The translations under genes were made by a program, and so were the position numbers. From NCBI GenBank assembly GCA_965235115.1, contig OZ249440.1, positions 32,986,001 through 33,050,000 of the forward strand: a stretch of DNA of 64,000 nt, in the 5' to 3' direction. The notes under the pieces were generated by a model. That model ran no database searches, was not told the DNA's origin, and saw nothing but the letters and a program-made list of their open reading frames with translations. The stretch is from Laetmonice hystrix (lineage: Eukaryota). Below are positions 1 through 13,000 of this stretch, piece after piece (position 1 is the first letter of the stretch; each line of letters opens with the position of its first letter).

Positions 1-380
1 CGGGGCCACATAGAGCCATGGTTACTATTGGAGCCATATAGGAATAGGCCTATATGATCTTTCAAAGGACACCAATATCGATGATGTAGGCTGACGTTTT
101 ACGTCGTAATGATGTCATTGATTAATAAGCAATATGATTTAAAGAGCTATAGGGGCCTAACTCCTAAACGGGGCCAGATAGAGCCATGGCTAGGCCTACT
201 GTTGGAGCCATAGGGCCTATAGGAATAGATCTATATTATTTAAGCATTCTGAAATGCGGTCATATCGACCTATGCCCATGCCATGGTTACTATTGCAGCC
301 ATACAGGAAGTCACATAGTACATAAATGCTCTTTCAAAAGATGTTTATCAAAACATTGCATCTTTTAATATTGAAATAAT
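1..380 (+). repeat. Diverged internal repeats of a HINE/Helentron-type element, starting before the window
   Basis: Degenerate copies of ATAGAGCCATGGTTACTATTG...ATAGGAA...TATATG.TCTTTCA, the monomer that fills 28.2-43.8 kb. Confidence 0.55.
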
Positions 381-1023
381 TAAAAACGAGTAGGCCTATG
401 TTTCACCCATAGTATGCCTACGCTCTAGCCTACTTCAGCACAAGCCCTAGCGCCGACCTTTGCGCTCGTCCCCGCCAACTCTCCTTAGAGTTAGTGCAGG
501 TAAGTTCCACCAGATGTCACAACTGGAGTCAGGTGCTGGAACACTGTTGCCACCAGGGGTCAGGCGTCGAGGCTACCGGCATTCCTGCTACCGGAAATCT
601 GTAGTGTGTGGCCATTTGCACAACGTTGGGACGTGTATGATACACGTGTGTTGAGCCATCTGGATTGCCTACTCGCAGGATTCCCAGCACCGCTAGTAGC
701 AGGTATGTATAGTATCAATACACAGTCAAGAACCCAGAGATAGGCTTAAGTGCAAGTTACACTTAGTTCTAGACAGCTCACTGAGTGAATGATGTTTGTA
801 CCGTTCGTCAGCAACGACATGTCGGTTGACCGACTGAGATGGCTGACGTCAGCTACTGCCTCTACTACTACGTCACAATAGGGAGCCAAAGTCTCGGACA
901 TGCGCAGTCGCTGGTGTCAGTTCTAAGGGCAAAGATTTCACATGCATAGAAAACTAAGTAAAATCGTGAAAACGCGGAAATGATCATAGCAGTTACATGA
1001 AAGAAGGTCTTAAGATTCACCTT

Positions 1024-1209
1024 CAGGGGTGTAGCCAGGATGGGGGGCCAAAGGGGGCCTCGCCCCCCCCCCCCACCCACCCAGGTTTACACCAGTAAAG
1101 ATTGAATTTTCAATGATAAAATGGACACGTGTGCAGTTTCAGCTCGTCGCGGATATCAGCCCCCCCCACCCCCCCCCCCCCCCCTCAGAAAATCCTGACT
1201 ACACCCCTG
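1024..1209. mobile_element. MITE with 5-bp TSD (hAT-like, unclassified)
   Basis: TIR CAGGGGTGTAGCCAGGAT / ATCCTGACTACACCCCTG; ACCTT on both flanks. Confidence 0.8.
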
Positions 1210-1440
1210 ACCTTGAATGGTTTTTGGAGCTTTTTTGCCCCGGACAAAGAAAAGAAATGATGCATGACGACGACGCAACGTTGCTATAGTGCTGTATTAT
1301 CGCCCATCCGGCAGTGCCCGGTTAACAGCTGAGCCTGAGGCAGGAGTCGTCGTAGCCTACCCGTACGTTCATAGATTATTGACACTAACGTGAGCCTAGT
1401 GCTGTTTAGGTCAAAATAAATGCAATACAATATTCTATGA

Positions 1441-2098
1441 CAGGGTGTGCAGCAACTTGAAAAGTGCTTGGATTTTCAGGCCTGGCTTGAAAAGTACTTG
1501 AATTTTGACAGGGTCTTGAAAACTAAATAAAAACCTTGAAAAGTGCTTGAATTCCTGTATTTTATCCTTGAATTTGGTGGGAGGGAAGCAGTAACGAAAT
1601 CGGGGCATGATATAGTCTTAAAGGTACGCTGTATTGAATTCGGTTTCTGCGTGGGACTGCAGCGATGGCCCAGTGTCGCGTGCCCGTTCTGGGAATTGAA
1701 CGCCCTGTTCCCACGACCGGTCGCAGCCCACGGTACAGCGGTGAGTCCCCCAGTAGCTGTATGCTTGGTCAGGGAACAGAGCGTTCAATTTTTAGAACGG
1801 GTACGTGACGCTGGGCCATCGCTGCAGTCCGATGCGGAAACCGAATTCAATAGAGCGTCGCTTTAAATTCTTAGGGAATTTGACTGCTCGCAACTGCCGT
1901 CGGCTATTCTCCGTCATTTTATTTTTGCACAAAAAGTATTGCATGAACAAGAAACATATCTGCGGTGACTAAAGTCAAATACAGTCCTATTAATTGACCA
2001 TACAAGCTCAGATTTTGCCGCGTGCATGTCCTTGAAATTAGAGAAAATGGCCTTGAAAAGTGCTTGAATTTTTTTGGTGAAATTTGCTGCGCACCCTG
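1441..2098. mobile_element. Non-autonomous TIR element with 5-bp TSD (hAT5-like)
   Basis: TIR CAGGGTGTGCAGCAA / TTGCTGCGCACCCTG; TSD TATGA; subterminal CTTGAAAAGTGCTTG repeats. Confidence 0.8.
1622..1862. mobile_element. Palindromic MITE with TTAA TSD (Kolobok-like), nested in 1441-2098
   Basis: TTAA at 1618-1621 and 1863-1866; ~110-bp arms are imperfect inverted repeats (ATTGAATTCGGTTTC / GAAACCGAATTCAAT; GACTGCAGCGATGGCCCAG / CTGGGCCATCGCTGCAGTC). Confidence 0.75.
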
Positions 2099-2276
2099 TA
2101 TGAGTAGTTTTGGACTACAAAAACTAGGTTAAGTACCTCAAGATAGAATAAAGAATTTGGTACTGCAGTCTTTGACTTTGAGATTGGCTGATCCAAAAAA
2201 GTTTCCAAGAACCTGCCCGAGATAGGCCTACATAAACTTCTGCTAACAATTGTGGAAAAATCGTTAACAGCAGACC

Positions 2277-2663
2277 CAGTGGCGGATCCGGGGGCGCCCC
2301 CCCCCTTCTGACCGCACAAGATAAAAACCACAGAAGAATTTTTTTGCCTCGCATTGCCCTACACAGTTGTGTTCCTGTTGGACTTAGGAGGCCCTTTTGG
2401 GCCGGATGTTGCTATCAAGTAGGCCTACAGGAGGCTTTTTTAAGAATATTGTTGGAATCCTGGTTTCAGGGGCATCTTCATCCCCCCCAAAATAGGAAAC
2501 TTTAAGGGGGGCCGGGCCCCTGCATCCCCCAGTGTTGATGTGATCTACTTTTTAATGGAGGAAATGAATATATAATGACATTGTCTGTGATTAAATTTTT
2601 GCGCCCCCCCCCCCTTAACAAAATTGGCGCGCCCCCCTTAGCCAAATCTTGGATCCGCCACTG
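2277..2663. mobile_element. MITE with 6-bp TSD
   Basis: TIR CAGTGGCGGATCC / GGATCCGCCACTG; TSD CAGACC. Confidence 0.8.
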
Positions 2664-3235
2664 CAGACCTCCATATAAACCTGGAGATATTGATGAGAAG
2701 AAACAATGGTGGTGAGCAGGTCAGCTTGATTGAAGTTGCAGTATCTGTGGTAAATCACTTAGAAGTTTCCTGTGACAAGTACTTACTGTGTTCCTGATGA
2801 AGCTGACCGACTGACCTATCTGCTTCTTTCACGTCTACTTGGCATAGCTGGCAATCGTTCATTCATCGAACCAGATAGTACATACTACATCGGATTCTGA
2901 GACTGAAGAAATTCTGAAGCATTTCCAAAATTAAGCTGATGACTGTCGAAGATCACTGACTTCATTTGAATATGAATATTTTGATAATGTGAATGTGGGC
3001 TTGAAATTTTTGAGATCCTGCAAAATGACCATTAATATTTTCCCAACTCATAAATGTGCACGCACAAGAAATAAATAACATGTTAATGTGTTTATTTATA
3101 ATTTTTTTATTGAAATTTCATTATTGAAATAGTTTTGCACGATAATGATATAGGTCTTCCTAGTTGCTTTAGCCACATGTTACAGTAGTAAGTAATGCAA
3201 TTAAGTCAAATGACAATTTCCGATACAAGGTTTTA

Positions 3236-4563
3236 GGGGCCGTCCATCATTTTCATCATTTTCACGAGCGTACAGAGAGTACTTCCTTCCAGACCCCCCT
3301 CCCCCCCCTAAAGAGTACGCACCATCCGTGAAAAAAATGATGATGACTTTTTACGGTAACCTGGTAGTGGTGTTTCGTACCACTTGTCATCGTCCCATGA
3401 AGAGCCATCATAAAATGAAATGGAGACACACCTAGAAACCTGGATATGCTTTTTAATTACAAAAATAAAACATCAACCTCACAAGATGTATTCCTGCAAT
3501 TTTAAACATCCAAAAATGTCAGAAAAAAGTAATTACGTCATTGGGTCTGCCGGAGAAGCTGTACAGAGCTAGCCAGCAGCGCGATATTTGATTATCGGTC
3601 GATTGGCACAGTTTTTTTGACTATACAGTCCAGAGTCCGGTTATAATGTACACAGAATTTTTCCCTGTTATTTTTAATGTACCTAATAAAATACTGATAT
3701 AACGAATGCAAATTTCCCCCAAACTGAGGATTTTCCCAGTTATAACGAAGTAGTAGGCCTAATGTGTCACTCTAGTTGCCCAGACGGAATAATTTTCGAC
3801 ATGAATTAAAAGGTGGGCCCTGTCCCTCCCCACAAACTGATTTCTCTGAAATTTTCAATGACAATTCCCCCATATATCCGCCCCTTAATTCCGAAAATTT
3901 GGTTAAAAAATATCAAAACACAAGCACTCTAAATTCATAAAAGCCGCCTGCCGCCCGCCAGAGTCTATAATTACTGACTATTAATGAATTAAAAGGGACG
4001 CCCTGTCCCTCCCCCTGAACCGATTTCTTTGAAATTGTCAGCACCAATTCCCCAATATATCCGCCCTTAGATCTGAAAATTTGGTTAAAGAATATCGAGA
4101 ACTGTATAAATGCTGAACTTATAAACACAGGCACCCCAAACTCAGGTATAGGCCTGAGCCGCCCATGCACCAGAGTCTTATTGTAGGCTAATTCCCGACA
4201 TGAATTAAAAGGTGAGCTCTGTCCCTTCCCCTGAACCGATTTCTTTGAAATTCTCGGCACCCATTGCCCTATATATCCGCTCATAGATCTGAAAAATTGG
4301 TTAACGAACTGTATAAATGCTGAACTTATAAACACAGGCACCCCAAATTCAGATATATAGCGGGGCCTAGGCCTATACAAGACGCCCGCCGCTCTCGCAG
4401 GGCGAGAGCTCTGGCGGCAAATAGTAGGCCTAGGCCTAGCCTATATATTTCATCATCATTTTTTTCATAAAAGCGTACGCAGGGTCTAGACCCCCTCCCC
4501 CCCCCCCCCCCCCTTAGTACGGTTTGTACGCTCGTGAAAATGATGAAAATGATGGACGGCCCC
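3236..4563. mobile_element. PIF/Harbinger-type non-autonomous element
   Basis: ~37-bp perfect TIR GGGGCCGTCCATCATTTTCATCATTTTCACGAGCGTAC; TSD TTA; internal ~200-bp tandem repeats at ~3800-4350. Confidence 0.85.
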
Positions 4564-4704
4564 TTAGCAAAATATGGCTCTAAAATGATGTAAAAGAATG
4601 ATATATGGCCAATGTTACTATACTGAAATAAGTAAATATGGTTCTGGGAACATTATGGTGCAGTAATTAATAACCCACATCCAAAGGTTTCACTATGCGT
4701 CCAT

Positions 4705-4868
4705 TGCTCAAATGCATCGGCAGGCGCACCGAGTGACCGGGAACTGATAAAAGTTAGATCGCTCAGGACTAGTACCCGAAATGGGTTGCTTCACTCTGTG
4801 CCGTCAGTGTCTGCTTGAACATGTAGCGCGACCTACTTATGCTGTCCGTTCCGGATCCATACTAACGT
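4705..4868. repeat. Dispersed ~165-bp repeat, copy 1 (copy 2 at 56846-57007)
   Basis: Near-identical TGCTCAAATGCATCGGCAGGCGCACC...GTGACCGGGAACTGATAAAAGTTAGATCGCTCAGG...CTAACGT at both loci. Confidence 0.85.
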
Positions 4869-4984
4869 TAGTCTATAGTATAGATCTAGAGGTTGGAAAT
4901 ACGCACACCCTGTCGTCGCCGGTGCTGCGCTGTATTTGAACAGAGAATTTCACCTAGACTAAGATAACATCCAACAAAATACAG

Positions 4985-5375
4985 GGTAGGGTAGGAAGGT
5001 AAATTTTTATTAACGTGACTTGTATACATCAGTTAAAACTTTGTATACCCAGCCCAGTCTGGGCTTATAAGTCACAGACAAGGTACACATGAACGTAATA
5101 GGGAACAGTGCTTAAGTATCATTCTGCACATAGCTAATTATAAATAAATTCCTTCCGTTTACTATAACAAGTGTAGATAAATTCTGCTGCAGTTTTTACC
5201 ACATCTTCACTCATTATATAATTTAGTTTCTCTGTATGATTCATATCATCAAAATTATCACATTTTTCTCGAAATCTTTGAAAATAAAACGCTCTTATTG
5301 CCTGGTAGAACTTACATTCAAAGAGAAAGTGACACTCATCTTCTATTGAATTTTCATTCATACATTTACGTATCT
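4985..5375 (-). mobile_element. 5'-truncated LINE 3' end (CR1/L2-group ORF2 C-terminus plus 3' UTR)
   Basis: ORF 5134-5361 contains IEDECHFLFECKFYQAIR, the C-terminal Cys/His motif of LINE ORF2; it is followed by AATAAA and a (TACC)-like tail. Confidence 0.65.
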
Positions 5376-6268
5376 GTTGAAGTAACCTCTTAACGTCCTC
5401 TTTTGTGTACCCTCAGCAAGTTTCAGCGCTAAAAGTGGTTTAAACTCGACTTTGAGGCGATGATGCACGATAGGACCAAGATAGAACCCCGGCAGGATAG
5501 CACTCGCTGCCAGCCCGGTGTAGACGATTTGTACTCGACGGTCAGAGTCCGTAAGGACTAAACTCTGACTTGTTGCCTAAGCTAAGGGACGTCCCGTACG
5601 TGGCATGCTGCCGTTCAACCGTTGCTGCAAGCAATGAGACGAAAGTACGAATGTCTGTTTACTTTACGACTGAGCACATGTTGGGGAATCCCCCCTGTCT
5701 AAGCGCATGGAGCCTCACTTTCGTCTTTGGCGCAAGAGTAACATGCTACTGACGTCACAGTCGGGGTGTGAACAGATCGCGGTCCGCGCACAAGTCGCGA
5801 GGCAAAAGAGTCCCAAGTGGTCTCCGTTATTACGAGTCATCTGTTGGGTATCAGGCCAGTTCCTTGCAAATGTATATAGTTCGGGTTGGACAGAACCAGA
5901 CTGGGATTCTAAAAAGCGTGCAATTATATAGCCCTTTAACAGTCTAGCAAAATAGTGGAATACGGGCGCTCTGGTCGTTTTAAACGACCATCTAGCATGG
6001 CAGGGTTACCACACAGACGTTGCATCAAAAATCCCCCCCCCCCCGTCTGCCTCAGCCGGATAACTGTTATGCCCACAGATTTTCAGGTGACCACTTGTAG
6101 GTGTTATTGGTGTGGTAAACCCCAGGAATTTCAGAGTGGCAACACATCAGAAGGACTTATAGCCATCCTAAATAGGTTTATGGGGCGAGGAGAGGCCCAT
6201 TGTTGCCAAAAATGTATATTTTTACGAAAGCCGAGAATGCTACCCTGAAAAAAAAAAAATCTCGCGAG

Positions 6269-6970
6269 AACACTCTTTCCTTGACTGTAACTTCTATAAT
6301 TTTTACCCCAATGTCATAATATTTGGAACATGATATCATCTGGTTAATTGGGTTATGTGGCACAAATTTGAGATAAATAGGTCAAAATGTCTAAAAATAG
6401 GGTCATTTTAAATACTGTGCACGCACATGTCAAAAATTGCAATGACGGACCAGGCGTCCTCGGCAAAGTTGGTCCCGCTGTGTCTAGAACATTCTTGACT
6501 TGACTATAGCTTCTACCATTTTCATAATTTGTCGCTGATATTCAGGGCATCATGTTATATGGTTACCGGTAATAGCATTTTGTGGTAAAAATTTTAGGCA
6601 TATAGGCCAAAAACTCTTTATGTGGAAACAAATCAAACATCTCATGTCCAAAAATGCAATGCCGGAGAGCCATGTAAGTGTCACCTACCTATTTCAGTTT
6701 CAAAGAAATGAAAAGGTGATCGGTGTGACCCCCATCCTGTTCACTGTTCACACATACCCCTTAGTCTCTTTTTGATTATCCCGGCTGACTTCCTGACTCC
6801 CTCTAGAGTAATTCCCTTCCACCTTCACAAATTTTCTCCATCAGTTCGACGTTTTGAGCTATTTATCCTAAATTTGTACCACCGACCCCGAATGACCAGA
6901 TGATATCATTTTCCAAATATTATGACATTGGGATAAAAATGATAGAAGTTTCAGTCAAGAAAAGAGTGTT
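6269..6970. repeat. ~75-bp inverted repeat pair (6269-6344 / 6895-6970), probably part of a DNA transposon remnant
   Basis: AACACTCTTT..TTGACTG.AACTTCTAT...CCCAATGTCATAATATTTGGAA.ATGATATCATCTGGT and its reverse complement. Confidence 0.65.
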
Positions 6971-7454
6971 CCAAAATTTTTTGGCCCACACAATATATGA
7001 TCACATTCCATCATTACCCATCGTGTTGTCAGGGCCTGATAAAATACAATGTAGATTAAAAAAATTTCTAAGAGTTTGTTGGCCATGGCACTTAAACTTT
7101 TTCCAAGCCTTTGCTACATACTGCTCCACAGCCTATGCTGTATTGTTTATTCAGAATCAAAATACTTAACCTAGCAACCTAGGGTATAATACAGACTCTG
7201 AGACAGTGTTCTTGCCAGCCTTTGTCTGCACACAGGCCGCTACACTGTCTCTTGACCAGCGTAGTAGCAAAAACTTGTCAAAATTCAACAGAACCCATCG
7301 GAATACCGGTACAATGTTGCTCGTTTACTGTCCAGTTTAACTTTAGCAAAACTTTCCCATCTTAAATATCTAGACTGCATGATAAGCCTAAATTACCAGA
7401 GCTTGGGGGGGGGGGGAGCTTTGCCGTGATAATAAATAACTTATAATTTCAGAC

Positions 7455-7517
7455 ATGCCAAGGCGATCAAAAGCGCGAGCTGCTGCGAAGAAAGCTGCAT
7501 CTGTACGTCTTGCAAAG
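7455..7517 (+). CDS. Probable first coding exon of the Helentron protein (MPRRSKARAAAKKAASVRLAK)
   Basis: Acceptor TTTCAG just upstream, ATG at 7455, phase-0 donor AAG|GTACTG; joins in frame to acceptor TTGCAG|AAG at 13811; basic MPR start resembles Helentron N-termini. Confidence 0.5.
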
Positions 7518-7536
7518 GTACTGGTATGCTACTGAT

Positions 7537-7655
7537 CAGAGGGCTTATTCACAAAGGACACACAAGCCTTGTGGACTGCCATACTATTATTAAACAACCG
7601 GACAATAGCTTGCGAGTCCGCAAGTCTTGCATGTGCTTTGTGAATAAAGTCCCTG
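7537..7655. mobile_element. Short foldback MITE
   Basis: CAGAGGGCTTATTCACAAAG / CTTTGTGAATAAAGTCCCTG inverted ends. Confidence 0.55.
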
Positions 7656-8068
7656 GTTTTATAGTCACACGGAGGCCATGTCCCTAAAGCCCCTGTCCCA
7701 TACTGTCATTTAACGATTCCGTCTTCCTCCGTCTAAATATTTACGTCAGACAGTGTCAGACGGCGGCAAATTCAATTTTTTTTGGCCATGAACGGTAGAT
7801 AGAGAAGCATAAGTAATGTCTAAATACGTCTGAGAAATGTCTGCTTAAGTATGAGTAACGTCTTCATTCAGCCCATCTTACGGAACATCGAACGCCTGTT
7901 TAACTATGAGTAACGAACAAAACGTCTGAAAAACGTCTGAAATACGTCTACATGTATCGCCATTCAGTTTCCGTCTTAAAAAAAGGCCAAGCTCCACCCA
8001 TCGCCTCCTCACAACAGTCGTAGCTCGTGGACAGTTCACATCGATCGTTCTGTGGGCCGAGAAGGCCC

Positions 8069-8291
8069 AGCCCGATTTTTTGGTTTACTTTTCCACCGTG
8101 AGCAAGGGTGAACGTGAGCTCATTCTCACCGTTTTTGTGTTTTTTTTTTTTTCATGAGGCGTGCTCATGGTAGCAAGCTCACCTTAAAAGACGAAAACAG
8201 TGAGCAAAACGGTGAGCATGAGCTTCTGCTCACTAGCTCAGCTCAGCTCACCCTTGCTCACGGTGGAAACGTAAACAAAAAAACCAGCCCC
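8069..8291. mobile_element. MITE with ~45-bp TIRs and GTGAGC repeats
   Basis: TTTTTTGGTTTACTTTTCCACCGTGAGCAAGGGTGA / CACCCTTGCTCACGGTGGAAACGTAAACAAAAAAA; a related partial copy lies at ~58222-58440. Confidence 0.75.
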
Positions 8292-8430
8292 AACTTGGCT
8301 ATGAGGGTGAAATTTCATTTTTTTTCATTATTTTAAAAAATATTGTGAGAAGTTTTAGGTATGCAGGACCCAAGCTTTTTCAGCTGGATGTCCGTTTCTG
8401 CCCGTCTGGCAGTTGCCAAGGCGTTTCTCG

Positions 8431-10026
8431 CAGAGTTGGGTTTAAGGCAGCCTTAAACCTGTTTTAGGCACGGCACTTGCCCTAAACTGCCCTAAACTGC
8501 CTTAAAGTGGTTAAAACCGCCCTAAACTGCCTTAAACTGCCTTAAAACTATACCAACCAAACATGTTCAGCCTTTCATTGTAGTAGACACATTACCAGAA
8601 AGCCACATTATAGGTTTTTAAAACTGTTCATGACTTTATTTAATGTTTATTAATATTCAATAAATAAAATACATGTAGTAGAAAATAATGAGGTAAAAAT
8701 GACATTCAAAAAAATATTTCTTTTATATACAGTGGCCCCCCTCATAAGCGACCACCCCTGCTGCAGAGAGAAAGTGGTCGCTGGTGGCGGGTGGTCGCCT
8801 AAACGAGGGATCGTTAAGTACACATGGTTACCACCAGGTGGCTACATATGAGATAACTACACACAGTTAACACTAGGTGGCGACTTCCCAGTGAGAGGGA
8901 GGGGACAAAGAGGGGGGCACGTATGGAGTTATTCTTGCCAAATAACCCCCAACAAGACACAGTTTCAGTTCAGAGAGACAAAAAATATTTAATTTTATTT
9001 AAAGAAAAACTCTAGTCTCTGAGTATACATTCTGCTGTTGCAGAGCATAGTCTAAAATATGACACGGTTTCAGTTCAGAGACACACAAAATAATTAATTT
9101 TATTTAAAGAAAGACTCTAGTCTTGTCTGTTTCATTTTATTTACGGCTTTTCTAGACTCTTCTTTTAGCATAGGTAGTAGGAGGGGGAGCAAAACCGTTA
9201 GCTTAATGTGTGATGGAAGCCTGGCGGGGAAGGTGAGAGACTGGGCCTAGCAGCCGTGGTGGGGCCATGTGATGGAAGTCGGGCGGGCAAGGTGATGAGA
9301 CACTTGGCCGGCCATGGCGGGATGGAAGTGGGTGGGTGGGTGGGGGCGGTGTTGGTGGGGGGTCAGCAGGATGCCAGGCAGGCGGGCATGGGGAGACAAG
9401 TGTTATGACTAGCCACGGCTGGCTGATTCTTAAAGGCTGGTCGCTGATAAGTGGTGACCAGTGGAGTTGATGCAGGGATATGCCGGTCGCTGGTCGTTAG
9501 TGCCGGGTGGTCGCTTATAAGGGTGGAATTATAGTGTGAAGTGGTTAATGCAGTGGAAATGTGGTCGCTAGAGGCGGGTGGTCGCTTATAAGGGGTGGTC
9601 TTTAACAGGGGGACCACTGTACATGTATTGTTGGTGGCTTGGTGCATTTTTATATTGCAGCTTGAAAAAAAATCTGTAACTATATAAGGTGTTGATTATT
9701 CAGCTTTCATACTAAGTCTAAGTTCACAGTAGATAGTAGGCGCCATTGCTTTTGAGTCAACAGTTACTGAGTCTATGTGCATTCAAGCTACTTAATTATA
9801 GGGATTTATAAATATTGTATTTGTTAGAATTTGGCAAATAGGTTTAAGACACTCATTACAAATTATAAGGCAATCATTTACAAATTATTAGAAATTATTT
9901 GTGCTAAAAATAGGTTTAAGGCATTTTGTATGCCTTAAACTGCCTTAAACCTGTTTTCGGCAGGGCGGTTTTTACCGGTAAAAACCACCTGGTAAAAACC
10001 ACCCTGCCATAAACTTGCCAACCCTG
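8431..10026. mobile_element. hAT-type non-autonomous element with 8-bp TSD
   Basis: Ends CAGAGTTGG / CCAACCCTG; exact TSD GTTTCTCG at 8423-8430 and 10027-10034; subterminal CCTTAAACTG repeats. Confidence 0.85.
8730..9619. mobile_element. Tc1/mariner-pogo type MITE
   Basis: TA|CAGTGG...CCACTG|TA; subterminal GGTGGTCGCT repeats; internal ~100-bp duplication at 8957-9123. Confidence 0.8.
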
Positions 10027-13000
10027 GTTTCTCGCACTTATCTCTAACTTTTTGTATGCGTTTTGACCGTTATTCAGACTTGATTAGACGTTGATAGGCG
10101 TTCCTTTATCCGAATCCATCCGTTTTTACCGTTGCGAGGACTGTCTTTGGCCAGAGATCAGGCGCTCATGTATTCGTTACATGACTGTTTCTTGAACGTT
10201 ATTCAGCTGTTTTCTTGCCGGTTTTACCGTTCCATAGACGTATGGTGCGTTCCGTGGCTGGAGGTGGACGAGCTGTCTGCCTGCCCAACAGCCATAAAAG
10301 TCTAAAAACCGGTAAGATTCCGCCTGAGTAACGATGAAAACGGCAAAAAACCGCCAGAGTAACATATGAGCCAATCGTGATCGGAAACTGGCCGTTTCAA
10401 ACTTTGAACATGTCCAAAGTTTAAAACGGCTAGCGCCGTCTGTCAACGTCTAGATACGTCTGAATACCAGCTGAAAAACGAATTAAAAATGAATGACAAC
10501 GTCCAATAAACGTACGCCTTCGTTTTTCAGACGGAATTGTAAACGGCGCAGTGGGACAGTAGCTTTACAATCCTTCAAACCTGATCTACTGCCTAGTACT
10601 GGGAAATACAGGGGTAATGGCCATAAATAAAAAATGGGGAAATTAATATGCCAGATTGACGCTGAACCTGCCAGTTGCGTATGTTGTATGTGGTCCTCTC
10701 ACATCTAAATAATGTGGTAAAATAGGGTCCAGGCTGTATCAAGCTTATGTATTTACTATCACACAGATGCATTTGGTAAAAAGTTGTAACAGGAATATTT
10801 AATTCCCTTCGATTTCAATGCCACTCACCGGCCTCGTGTGTGCAGACTGCCCTTGCGACCCATTTACTCCTTACAAGCAGGCTTATTAAGTTACGACCAA
10901 CTTTGTGACCACCAGCTGGTTTGGTGCACATGGAGTAAATCTTTACTCTTAACTTTACTCAGGTGTAAGGTATACATCTGATTTGTGCACTCAGGCCCAG
11001 CTGTTCCCCCGAAAGCACTCAGCTTTTGAAGTTTGAGGAAAGAGTGGTATAAAATGGTTTGGGAATCAAGGCATGTCCCCAGACTTCAAATCAACACACA
11101 GGTATGCAGCATAATACTAGACTACCTTACATCACAACTCGTCATGCTAAAGAGAGCTTCCTACATATATGATGACTTCAAGCCGAAGGATGTAAGAGTC
11201 AGCTATCGAGATCAGAAGCAAGAGGAAAGGGGCTGATTCCTTCACTGTCAACAAAAAAGAAGTACAAGACTTGAGGTCATTCCATGTCAAATCAACAAGA
11301 GGCTCCCAACTTACCATTTCCGATTTGCTAAAAAAAATTGGGAAATTATGTACCGGGGGTACCTGTGGCCAATAACGGGAATACAAAATTTTAGACTGAC
11401 ATCTTTGGTGCATTTTTAAAAAGACAAGAAAAAAGTATTTTTACACATTTCAACCAGATTGAATAAAGAAGTATACTGCCAACCCAAAGTATTGCCTCCC
11501 AAAAAAGTATTGATCAGTGGTGTCTCAGTGTACAAAAATTGTCCCAGTTATACTGCTCCCTGCCATCTCCAACAGATTGTGTGGTATATCCCTATAATTC
11601 CTTACAAAATACCCTGTTATACTGCCACTGGGTAGTATCATTGCACAGTCCCTTCAAGGTGGACCGTTACGGTTCACACCTGAGCATGACTAGCCCTAGG
11701 GGTGGTACACGCCCTTTAAGGCAACTGCTGTTTAGAGTATGACATGTAGTTTAACCATACATAAATACTGAAATTCACTGGACTTCAGACAATGGCGAAA
11801 AAAAGTCGCAATGTCCAATAAATGTTGACAAAACACTTTACAAAATTTACCGTCTTTACTAAAGATTTTCCTCACTTTTGAGGTCGCAACCATAGGAATC
11901 CATGGGCATTCCCAGCCACACTTGCTCACAAAACGGTCTGTGTTTCACGGGTGTTTTCTTGCTGTATTCTTTTTGGTGGTCACCTGAAGATCATGATATC
12001 GTATGCAAATGGCGCCCAGGCAGGGAATGTCAGGCCACAACTAAAAGAAAACTGGCCCAGAGCCCCAAAAGAGGGGATGTCTAGATCCGCAGTAAGGCCC
12101 TAATTATCTATCTTAGATCCCCCCCTTCATAACGCAAAGATTTAATGGGTCCCAAGTTCGAAATTATAACGGGGGGGGGGGGAACTATAGATGAGCCTTT
12201 AAAATATAGAAGAAAAGTGATGTCACCATTTCAGATGCAGACTGGGAAAGAGCATACTTTTAGTTTTACTGACAAATATAGCAAATAACAATGTAGTATT
12301 GTAAAAGCAAACTGTACTTTTGAGGATATCAAACACAACATGTCTTGTGGTACTTCAAATTCTGGTCACCTGGTACAGGTATTCAAGGATATTGTTATAA
12401 CGCTATATTCTTATAATAAATTCACCCTATATAATAAAATTATAAACTGTTTAATAAATATACATGTATGATGTAATAATGATATTTATTGCCCATCCTG
12501 TGGCAGATGTTAAAATTAGACGCACCTTTCAATCATATGAATCCAGATGTGATCAGTGAGATCGGTAAGTTTTGTTGACACTAAGGAGAATTATAAAACG
12601 CCGTTATAAAATTCTAAAATGTAAAAGTATTCCTGTCGGAAATTTGTTATAGTACTGTCTTGTACTTTTCATAAAATGGATTTCTCAAACTTGGCCCATA
12701 AAAATTCTGATTCACTCAATTTTTGGAAGTCGGTGGGGGATCTTGCCCTGGGCTTTTTCAAAATTCATAGAAGCAGCACTGTACATGTAGAGTTATATTA
12801 TGTCAATTTGTCTAGAAGAAACACGGGGATGTCTGGTAGTGCGTGTGTGAGTGTAGTGACCCCTGATGGAGACATAGGGAACTATACTGTAATCTGGGTT
12901 ACCCTTGTGATGAGTGGCGAAATATACTGTGTGCCTCGGAGGGGGGGGGTTCAAGGATATTTCTGATAAATATTATGTTTCCATCTACAGAGAAGTATAG

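Larger units (their letters stand above)
7687..10565. mobile_element. TA-flanked TIR element hosting three nested MITEs
   Basis: Imperfect ~40-bp TIR AAGCCCCTGTCCCA...ATTCCGTC / GACGGAAT...TGGGACAGTAGCTT; TA on both flanks. Confidence 0.7.
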
